Of a stretch of 64,000 nucleotides of DNA, positions 11,203 through 17,804 are shown piece after piece (within the stretch, counting starts at the first letter, position 1; every line of letters starts with the position of its first letter). Below the pieces are notes generated by a model. It worked only from the letters and a program-made list of their open reading frames with translations, did not search any database and was not told the origin of the DNA. The DNA is from Ruminococcus bromii (GTDB taxonomy: Bacteria > Bacillota > Clostridia > Oscillospirales > Ruminococcaceae), in the NCBI GenBank assembly GCA_963590855.1, contig CAVAQT010000001.1, positions 66,364 through 130,363 of the forward strand, in the 5' to 3' direction. Both the position numbers and the translations under genes were made by a program.

Positions 11203-11337
11203 TTATGCCTCATCAGCTGTGCTTTCGTCTTCCTCAGAATGTGCCAGAGTCAACAGAGTCTTTGTCGAAACAAGGATCCCCATGGTGTATGTGACGATTT
11301 CCAGTACAGCAAGTATTACCTGTAATGTCTTTTTCAT
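11203..11337 (-). CDS. small membrane protein (44 aa), unannotated
   Basis: ATG 11337, MKKTLQVILAVLEIVTYTMGILVSTKTLLTLAHSEEDESTADEA*, 48 nt after the fba stop. A hairpin with T-run follows (about 11150-11195). Below the ORF-track cutoff. Confidence 0.4.
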   Translation of the reverse strand: MKKTLQVILAVLEIVTYTMGILVSTKTLLTLAHSEEDESTADEA

Positions 11338-11385
11338 CGGAAACACATTCCTTTCTCCGCAGGAGCTGCGGTCTTGTCAGAGAAC

Positions 11386-12249
11386 TTACGCCTTGTTCAC
11401 AGAGCCGAACAGGTTCATCTTCTCTTCTACCTTTGCCATGATTGCTTCATAGCCCGGCAGGAGCAGCTTTCTCGGGTCGAAGCCCTTGCCCTTCAGATCC
11501 TTGCCTTCTTCGATGTACTTTCTGGTAGCTTCAGCAAATACCAGCTGGCACTCTGTGTTTACGTTGATCTTTGCAACGCCCAGAGAAATTGCCTTTGTGA
11601 TCTGGTCGTCCGGGATACCAGTACCGCCGTGCAGTACCAGCGGCATAGCGCCGACAGCCTTCTTGACAGCTTCCAGAGTCTCGAAGCTCAGGCCTTCCCA
11701 GTTTTCCGGATATACGCCGTGGATGTTGCCGATGCCGGCAGCCAGGATGTCTACACCCAGGTCAGCGATGGTCTTGCATTCCTGCGGATCTGCGCACTCG
11801 CCCTTGCCGATTACGCCGTCCTCTTCGCCGCCGATTGCGCCGACTTCTGCCTCGATAGACAGACCCAGCTTATGTGCAACTGCAACCAGTTCCTTGGTCT
11901 TTGCCAGGTTTTCTTCGATCGGGAAGTGAGAACCGTCGAACATGATGGAAGTAAAGCCTGCCTTGATGCAGTCATAGCACTGATCGTAAGTACCGTGATC
12001 CAGGTGCAGTGCAACCGGAACAGTGATACCCAGAGATTCGTCCATAGCCTTTACCATATCTGCAACAACCTTGAAACCGGTCATATACTTACCAGCACCG
12101 CCGGAAACGCCCAGGATTACCGGGGAGTTCAGTTTCTGTGCTGTGTTCAGGATTGCCTTTGTCCATTCCAGATTGTTGATGTTGAACTGACCGACTGCAT
12201 ATTTGCCGTCTCTTGCCTTGTCCATCATATCCTTTGCCGATACTAACAT
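11386..12249 (-). CDS. fba: class II fructose-1,6-bisphosphate aldolase
   Basis: 287 aa, class II FBA sequence (QFNINNLEW..., LHLDHG, LVLHGGTG). Confidence 0.93.
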   Translation of the reverse strand: MLVSAKDMMDKARDGKYAVGQFNINNLEWTKAILNTAQKLNSPVILGVSGGAGKYMTGFKVVADMVKAMDESLGITVPVALHLDHGTYDQCYDCIKAGFTSIMFDGSHFPIEENLAKTKELVAVAHKLGLSIEAEVGAIGGEEDGVIGKGECADPQECKTIADLGVDILAAGIGNIHGVYPENWEGLSFETLEAVKKAVGAMPLVLHGGTGIPDDQITKAISLGVAKINVNTECQLVFAEATRKYIEEGKDLKGKGFDPRKLLLPGYEAIMAKVEEKMNLFGSVNKA

Positions 12250-12566
12250 AAAAAAGTGCCTCCTAATTCAATTTGGTGCAGGCAGCGTTCCGCTTTTGGA
12301 ACGTCCGCTATACTTATTATACCGCATTTCGGGCACAATTGCAATGGGTTTCCGAAAATTTTTTCGTATTTTCTCAAAAAGTGCGCTGATCTCCCACATA
12401 AAATATACTTTTGTCTATAATACAACAATGTATCTTGATTTGATGCTTGCAATGCAATGTGTAGTTTTAGTATAATAATACTAGAATCTCATGTATTTGA
12501 CTATAGTTTTACAGCGAAACAACAAAAGTAAATCAATAAAACCGCACAGAGGAGTGAACCAACCCC

Positions 12567-14435
12567 ATGAATATCCATCAGTTTTTTCTGGGCAACGCCT
12601 TTGACGCCCATACTTATTTCGGCGCGCACGTCACCGAGGACGGCACTGTCTTTCGCACCCTTGCGCCCAATGCCGCAGCCGTCGATCTGATCTGGGAGGG
12701 CGGCGAATGGGAGCCCATGCCCATGAAAAAGGTACACGACGGCGGCGTCTATGAGCTGACCGTCCCGGAGGCTGTTCCCGGACAAATGTACAAGTACCGC
12801 ATCACGCCCCAGAACCCGGACGGCGACATCATCGACCACTGCGACCCCTACGGCTTCGGCATGGAGCTGCGCCCCAATAATGCCTCCATCATCCGCGATC
12901 TGTCCAGCTATACCTTTCACGACAAAAAATGGATGGCGCAGCGCGGCGGTCACCGGCACAAGCCCGTTAACATTTATGAAGTGCATCTGGGCTCCTGGCG
13001 CACCAACCCCAGCGACCCCAACGGCTGGTATACCTATGAAGAGATCGCCCCGAAGCTGGTGGATTACGTCAAAAAAGCCGGGTATAACTACATTGAATTT
13101 ATGCCCCTGAGTGAACACCCGGCGGACTGCTCCTGGGGCTATCAGAACACCGGATTTTTCAGTCCCACCTCCCGGTACGGCACAGCGCATCAGCTGATGC
13201 AGCTCATCGACACCTGTCACCAGGCAGGCATCGGCGTGATTTTGGACTTTGTACCGGTACACTTTGCCGTAGACGGCTATGCCCTGAACCACTATGACGG
13301 AACGACACTGTATGAGTACCCGGAAAAAGAGGACAACTACAGCGAATGGGGCAGCTGCAACTTTATCCACGCCCGTGGCGAGGTGTGCAGTTTTCTCCAG
13401 TCCTGCGCCAACTACTGGATGGATGTGTTCCACTTTGACGGCCTGCGGATGGATGCAGTGAGCCGGCTCATCTACTGGGGCGGCGACCCGAACCGCGGCA
13501 CAAATCCCTCCAGCATCACCTTCCTCAAGCGCATGAACCAGGGTCTGCACCAGCTGCACCCGGACAGCATGCTCATCGCCGAGGATTCTACCAACTATGA
13601 GGGTGTGACCTGCCCGGTGGAATACGGCGGACTGGGCTTCGACTATAAGTGGGATATGGGCTGGATGAACGACACCCTGGACTACTTCCGGCAGTATCCC
13701 TGGGTGCGCCGTGACAGCGAGACCTATCACAAGCTGACATTTTCCATGATGTACTTTCCCAATGAGTATTATCTGCTGCCCCTGTCCCATGACGAGAATG
13801 TCCACGGAAAAGCCACGATCATGCAAAAGATGTTCGGCGAATACGAACAGAAATTTCCGCAGGCGCGGCTGCTCTATTTATACATGTATGCGCATCCCGG
13901 CAAAAAGCTGCTGTTTATGGGCAGCGAACTGGGACAGCTCCGGGAATGGACGGAGGAACAGCAGCAGGACTGGGATATCTTAAAGTATCCCATCCACGAT
14001 GCATTCTACCATTTCATGCTGGAATTGAACAAGCTGTACCTCACCGAACCGGCGCTGTACCGGGACGACTATGAGAAAGACGGTTTCCGCTGGGTGGACT
14101 GCCACCAGGAGCAGCGCGGCATCTATGCCATGGAACGCCGTGCCGGCGACAGCCGTCTCCTCGTTCTGCTGCACATGTCCGATGAGGCAACCCAGACCTA
14201 TACCTTCAGCCTGCCGGACTGCGGCGGACTGAAGCCGCTGCTGCACACGGACTGGGAACGCTTTCACGGTACGACAAAGGAGAGCAAGCGCACGCTGACC
14301 GGCGATATGACCCGAACCGGCATGCAGTTCACCATTGATCTGCCGCCGTTTTCCGGCATTCTGCTGCGAATTCTGCCGGAGAAGCAGCAGGAGCGAAAGC
14401 CTGCTGTCCGACAGGCTAAAAAGAAGCGCGTCTGA
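12567..14435 (+). CDS. glgB: 1,4-alpha-glucan branching enzyme
   Basis: 622 aa GH13 branching enzyme (FHFDGLRMDAV, LSHDENVHGK). A TTGCAA-18-TATAAT promoter lies at 12447-12476. Confidence 0.93.
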   Translation: MNIHQFFLGNAFDAHTYFGAHVTEDGTVFRTLAPNAAAVDLIWEGGEWEPMPMKKVHDGGVYELTVPEAVPGQMYKYRITPQNPDGDIIDHCDPYGFGMELRPNNASIIRDLSSYTFHDKKWMAQRGGHRHKPVNIYEVHLGSWRTNPSDPNGWYTYEEIAPKLVDYVKKAGYNYIEFMPLSEHPADCSWGYQNTGFFSPTSRYGTAHQLMQLIDTCHQAGIGVILDFVPVHFAVDGYALNHYDGTTLYEYPEKEDNYSEWGSCNFIHARGEVCSFLQSCANYWMDVFHFDGLRMDAVSRLIYWGGDPNRGTNPSSITFLKRMNQGLHQLHPDSMLIAEDSTNYEGVTCPVEYGGLGFDYKWDMGWMNDTLDYFRQYPWVRRDSETYHKLTFSMMYFPNEYYLLPLSHDENVHGKATIMQKMFGEYEQKFPQARLLYLYMYAHPGKKLLFMGSELGQLREWTEEQQQDWDILKYPIHDAFYHFMLELNKLYLTEPALYRDDYEKDGFRWVDCHQEQRGIYAMERRAGDSRLLVLLHMSDEATQTYTFSLPDCGGLKPLLHTDWERFHGTTKESKRTLTGDMTRTGMQFTIDLPPFSGILLRILPEKQQERKPAVRQAKKKRV

Positions 14436-14449
14436 ACTGCAAAAATAAC

Positions 14450-14490
14450 AAAGCCGCTGTGCATCCCTGCCGATACACAGCGGCTTTTTG
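14450..14490. terminator. bidirectional rho-independent terminator
   Basis: AAAGCCGCTGTG-n14-CACAGCGGCTTT flanked by an A-run and a T-run, between convergent glgB and the lipoprotein gene. Confidence 0.8.
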
Positions 14491-14493
14491 TCG

Positions 14494-15057
14494 TCATGAT
14501 TCCATTGCGGTGGTTTCTGTTGCCAGAGGTGCCTGGGACTGAAACTGTGTAAACGTCAGTTCTGCGTCATAGCTGTCCATCGTGAAGCCTGCCAGGTCGC
14601 CGTTTTCTGTCAGTGTCAGAGTATACGGGCAGCCCTCCGACTCGCCCTCTACCAGGACACTGCCGTCTTTTTCCTTTCCGGTGATCTCTTCCTGCTGCGC
14701 CAGTTCGTCTACCGCCAGGATCAGCTGACTCAGAACCGATTTTGCCGGCATCGCCGACTGGGGCACAGAAAAGCCCAGTCCCTTATACGACGCTGTGACC
14801 TCTCCGTCCGAAAAGTCCAGCACAACGCCGGCAAGTGTTGCCGGCTCTGCAAAGGACACGCTCCACACACCGTCCCCCAGCCGGGACAATGTGCCGCCGG
14901 CTGTCCAGTCGTCCATGGTCATAGTCATCTCTGCGGTAAAACTGCCGCCCAGCTTCTGCGCCGCACTGGCACTGTTTCCGCCGGGTTTGGCACAGCCGGA
15001 AAAGCACACGCCTCCGGCAAGCAGCAGTCCCAGAACTGCACGATATTTTCGTCTCAT
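14494..15057 (-). CDS. lipoprotein of unknown function
   Basis: Start trimmed to ATG 15057 behind AGGAGGAG. Signal peptide with lipobox LLAGGVCFSGC. Confidence 0.75.
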   Translation of the reverse strand: MRRKYRAVLGLLLAGGVCFSGCAKPGGNSASAAQKLGGSFTAEMTMTMDDWTAGGTLSRLGDGVWSVSFAEPATLAGVVLDFSDGEVTASYKGLGFSVPQSAMPAKSVLSQLILAVDELAQQEEITGKEKDGSVLVEGESEGCPYTLTLTENGDLAGFTMDSYDAELTFTQFQSQAPLATETTAMES

Positions 15058-15101
15058 ATGATCTCCTCCTGTATTTTTCAGACGGAGAAGCACACAGGTT
15101 C

Positions 15102-15989
15102 TTATCGTTCCTGCTCCAATTTTGCCAACACCTGTGGCAGAAATGTGAGCAAGTCCCGTGGGAGCATCGCCTGCTGAGAAAGTGCCGCAGCGGCATGATC
15201 TCCGGCGAGTCCGTGGAGATAGACTCCGGCACAGGCCGCCTCCCAGGAGGGAATCCCCTGGGTTGCAAAGGCAGCGATCAGCCCGGCAAGCACATCACCG
15301 CTTCCACCGCGGCTCATGCCCGGATTTCCCGTGGGATTCTGCGCCAGACAGCTTCCCTGCGCCACCAGTGTTCCTGCGCCTTTCAGCGCCAGTGTCACCG
15401 GATACGCCGCTGCAAACTGTGCCGCCGTTTCCACACGGTTTTCCTGTATCTGCGGAATGGTCTGCCCAATGAGACGTGCCATTTCGCCGGGATGTGGTGT
15501 CAGAATCCAGTCTGTCCCCGTCCGTCTGCTTAACTCTATGCAGGAGACTGCACAGTTTAGACCATCTGCATCCAAAACCACCGGACACACCGCAGTTTCC
15601 AGCACCCAGTGCACCAGATGCTTTGTCTCCTCTGTTACACCCAGACCGCAGCCAAGCAGCACGCCGTTGGCGCGGCGGAGATGCGCCAGAAGCAATTCCC
15701 GGTTGTGGGAACTGCTAGTCAGAAAGCCGTTTTCGTCTGTTTCCAGCGAAAGCCACATCGCCTCTGGCGCAGCTGCGGCAAGACGCATGGGGTTTTCCGG
15801 CGCAGTTGCCACTGTAATCAGTCCGGCACCGCCGCGCAGTGCCGCCTGGGTGGAAAGCAGGCAGGCACCGGGCATGTTCCGGCTCCCGGTAATGCACAAA
15901 AGCCGCCCGAAATCCCCTTTCTGGGCATCGGTTTTCCGTTTGGGTATCATCCGGCAGATTTCCTGCCAGGTCAGTTGATGCAGCTTCAT
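15102..15989 (-). CDS. nnrD: ADP-dependent NAD(P)H-hydrate dehydratase (YjeF C-terminal type)
   Basis: Start trimmed to ATG 15989 (AAAGGAG upstream). KGDFGRLLCITGS and GSGDVLAGLIAAF motifs. No epimerase domain. Confidence 0.85.
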   Translation of the reverse strand: MKLHQLTWQEICRMIPKRKTDAQKGDFGRLLCITGSRNMPGACLLSTQAALRGGAGLITVATAPENPMRLAAAAPEAMWLSLETDENGFLTSSSHNRELLLAHLRRANGVLLGCGLGVTEETKHLVHWVLETAVCPVVLDADGLNCAVSCIELSRRTGTDWILTPHPGEMARLIGQTIPQIQENRVETAAQFAAAYPVTLALKGAGTLVAQGSCLAQNPTGNPGMSRGGSGDVLAGLIAAFATQGIPSWEAACAGVYLHGLAGDHAAAALSQQAMLPRDLLTFLPQVLAKLEQER

Positions 15990-16038
15990 GAAATGCTCCT
16001 TTCGCAGCGTGTCACGATCCGGCATTATCTCCGCCGGA

Positions 16039-16067
16039 TTGACAAAAGGTTTTCTGTGTGTTATGAT
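16039..16067 (+). promoter_or_regulatory. near-consensus extended -10 promoter for the 28-codon peptide gene
   Basis: TTGACA (16039-16044), 17-nt spacer, TGt-TATGAT (16059-16067). Confidence 0.65.
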
Positions 16068-16105
16068 AGCTTGTCGGCTTCTTCCGTCAGGGAGGAGGTG
16101 ATAAT

Positions 16106-16192
16106 TTGCTATACTATATCATTACCGCAGGTATCTCCGTTGGAGTAGACATTGTGTTATATAAAGTCTACAAATGGCTGAATGGAGAGTGA
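16106..16192 (+). CDS. 28-aa hydrophobic peptide (candidate type I toxin-like membrane peptide)
   Basis: SD AGGAGGTGA ends 7 nt before TTG 16106. Frame reads (M)LYYIITAGISVGVDIVLYKVYKWLNGE then TGA. Own promoter and terminator. Too short for the ORF track. Confidence 0.5.
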   Translation: MLYYIITAGISVGVDIVLYKVYKWLNGE

Positions 16193-16213
16193 GCCGACAA
16201 CAGCCTACATATT

Positions 16214-16276
16214 TTCGCCTTATTTTTATAAATAAGGCGAAAGCCCCCGGAGCTGCAACTCTGGGGGCTTTCTGTT
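16214..16276 (+). terminator. compound terminator: AU-rich hairpin plus conserved hairpin H1
   Basis: TTCGCCTTATTT-ttat-AAATAAGGCGAA (16214-16241), then AAAGCCCCCGGAG-ctgcaa-CTCTGGGGGCTTT (16240-16271), then TTTCTGTT. Confidence 0.65.
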
Positions 16277-16304
16277 GGTAATAATTTGCTACTATATCAT
16301 TTAC
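16236..16304 (-). ncRNA. candidate sRNA B (antitoxin-like), 5' seed complementary to the peptide SD/start region
   Basis: Predicted TSS is about 7 nt after the 16311-16316 -10 box. Nucleotides 16301-16277 are antisense to a near-copy of 16097-16123. It ends at hairpin H1 read on the minus strand. RNA ends are approximate. Confidence 0.45.
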
Positions 16305-16310
16305 AAGATT

Positions 16311-16339
16311 ATTGTATCACAAATAGAACACTTTGTCAA
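16311..16339 (-). promoter_or_regulatory. consensus promoter for candidate sRNA B
   Basis: Minus strand reads TTGACA (16339-16334), 17 nt, TGa-TACAAT (16316-16311). Confidence 0.6.
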
Positions 16340-16361
16340 GCATTCAAAGAATACTTTTTAT

Positions 16362-16442
16362 AGATAAAACAAAAGCCTCCGGAGCTGCAACTCTGGAGGC
16401 TTTCTTTTTTGGTGATCACTTGTAATTATATTATTTCAATGT
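16362..16442 (-). ncRNA. candidate sRNA C (diverged duplicate of sRNA B)
   Basis: Predicted TSS near 16442. Seed 16435-16411 is a degenerate copy of the SD/start region. Hairpin H2 (16403-16372) is followed on the minus strand by TTTTGTTTTAT. Confidence 0.45.
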
Positions 16443-16448
16443 GCCTTT

Positions 16449-16477
16449 ATTATAGCATAAGCTGCGACAATTGTCAA
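16449..16477 (-). promoter_or_regulatory. consensus promoter for candidate sRNA C
   Basis: Minus strand reads TTGACA (16477-16472), 17 nt, TGc-TATAAT (16454-16449). Confidence 0.6.
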
Positions 16478-16506
16478 ATATACGGAAATATTTTTTGCAG
16501 CACCGC

Positions 16507-16923
16507 CTAAAAATCGCACACGACCTGCACCGCCAAATTACTGGGGTCAGATGTTCCGTCTACTCTGTAGACCTCTAACGCCAATTTCAAATCTTCCAGC
16601 ATTTGTGATCTTGTATTTCCCGGTATGTATCTCAAAGGATTCTCCCATGAGGTTTGGAAACTCCAGATTCGCGTATTCGGCAGCCGGTTTTCCTTTTTCA
16701 GTGGCAGGATCATCTCTTGATCTTTCCAGTGAAAAAAGAACAACTCCTCATTCGGATAATCCCGATGCACGCCGATTGCAAACAAAAACACATCTTTTCC
16801 TGCATCTATGATCCACTCCCTCGGCTTGAGAAATCCTAAAGTGGGAGATAACGGATCGGGGATTTGCTTCGCCGCAAACTGTTCCCACTGTTCTGCTGTC
16901 AATGCTTCAATTTCAAACGCCAT
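16507..16923 (-). CDS. hypothetical protein (138 aa), no family recognised
   Basis: Start trimmed to ATG 16923 behind AGGAGGAG (MAFEIEALTAEQWEQF...). Soluble, Trp/Phe-rich. No terminator before the sRNA C promoter. Confidence 0.6.
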   Translation of the reverse strand: MAFEIEALTAEQWEQFAAKQIPDPLSPTLGFLKPREWIIDAGKDVFLFAIGVHRDYPNEELFFFHWKDQEMILPLKKENRLPNTRIWSFQTSWENPLRYIPGNTRSQMLEDLKLALEVYRVDGTSDPSNLAVQVVCDF

Positions 16924-17033
16924 GCCGCTCCTCCTGATACACAATTTTCAACCATTTCATGATACCACACATTTCACGAAAAGTCAATTTTCCCAGCATG
17001 CCTTTCTGCCTTTCCAATTTACAATATATTTAC

Positions 17034-17062
17034 TTGCCCATTTCGAGCTTTTGTGTTATAAT
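17034..17062 (+). promoter_or_regulatory. promoter of the DUF4190-like gene
   Basis: TTGCCC-17 nt-TATAAT with TGt extension. Confidence 0.5.
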
Positions 17063-17070
17063 AAATTTGT

Positions 17071-17106
17071 TTGACAATCTCACAAAATCATTGTGGAATT
17101 TGTCAA
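17071..17106. promoter_or_regulatory. imperfect inverted repeat at about +2..+38 (operator or 5'-UTR hairpin)
   Basis: TTGACAAtctCACAA-aatca-TTGTGgaatTTGTCAA, with outer 7-bp and inner 5-bp complementary arms. Confidence 0.4.
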
Positions 17107-17137
17107 CTGAATTGGGGATACAGGAGGTGTAACAGTT

Positions 17138-17410
17138 ATGGAACAGAAAAACGGAAAGGCAACTGCTGCCCTGGTATTGGGCATTATTTCGCTGATCGGC
17201 ATCTGCGTTCCGATCGCCGGCATTATCTGCGGCATCATCGCAATCGTTCTGGCATCGATGGCGAAAAAAGAGGGTGCTGTAAACGGCAAGCAGAAAGCAG
17301 GCCTGATTCTCGGCATCATCGGCATTGTCATCAGCATTGTTATGTGGATCGTCAATGCAGTGATTCTGGCAGGAAGCGGCATTCTGGATCAGCTTACCAA
17401 CCTGTCTTGA
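17138..17410 (+). CDS. small membrane protein, DUF4190-like
   Basis: 90 aa with Gly/Ile-rich TM pairs ([26 protein letters not shown]). AGGAGG RBS. Confidence 0.75.
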   Translation: MEQKNGKATAALVLGIISLIGICVPIAGIICGIIAIVLASMAKKEGAVNGKQKAGLILGIIGIVISIVMWIVNAVILAGSGILDQLTNLS

Positions 17411-17426
17411 GTTTCAGGCAGGATAC

Positions 17427-17463
17427 AAAAAAGCGGAGAAGTCTCACGGCTTCTCCGCTTTTT
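17427..17463. terminator. bidirectional terminator
   Basis: AAAAAGCGGAGAAG-n8-CTTCTCCGCTTTTT between convergent small membrane-protein genes. Confidence 0.8.
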
Positions 17464-17480
17464 GTTGTATTACAGCAGGA

Positions 17481-17774
17481 TCACTGCATCTTCATGGAAA
17501 TGATCGCCGACAGAACGGTCAGAAAGCCTGCGCCTGCGGCAACAATTGCCGGAAGCGTTCCGCCTTTTCCCACCATCAGGCTGGCGAATCCGCCCAGAAC
17601 GGCACAACCGCCCAGGATCGCCGCCACCAGAACAGACACCCACATCAACGTGATAATGCCTGCTGCGGCAAGCCCCAGAGAAACCAGCCCCAGCATCAGC
17701 GCAGTGGCTTCCCGCGGGGTGCGCTCCCGTTTTTCCTTTTTCGGTTTTGGCTGCTTTTCGGTTTTTTCTTTCAT
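17481..17774 (-). CDS. small membrane protein downstream of pheT
   Basis: Start trimmed to ATG 17774 (GAGGTGA upstream). Lys-rich N-terminus followed by three Gly/Ala-rich TM segments. Confidence 0.6.
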   Translation of the reverse strand: MKEKTEKQPKPKKEKRERTPREATALMLGLVSLGLAAAGIITLMWVSVLVAAILGGCAVLGGFASLMVGKGGTLPAIVAAGAGFLTVLSAIISMKMQ

Positions 17775-17804
17775 GGAAATCACCTCGAACACAATACGCC
17801 GCAG

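Noticed and set aside
12501-13826. A 441-aa ORF antisense to glgB. Similar long antisense ORFs occur at 1132-2826, 6567-8384, 17898-20198, 23001-24236, 30156-31265, 32632-33864, 33578-35095, 35978-37444, 43938-44948, 45092-46369, 49739-51076, 51567-52553 and 57655-58737.
   Set aside because: Each lies opposite a gene with unmistakable family motifs. Their translations are Arg/Gly/His/Cys/Leu-rich with no motifs and no RBS. These are the shadow ORFs expected in GC-rich DNA.
16286-16363. Copies B and C of the peptide-gene start region as additional intact toxin paralogues.
   Set aside because: Copy B lacks the SD and, because of a 2-nt deletion, reads LLLYHLQDYCITNRTLCQAFKEYFL*, which is not hydrophobic. 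Copy C reads TTG-TAA. Both make more sense as the antisense seeds of minus-strand RNAs.
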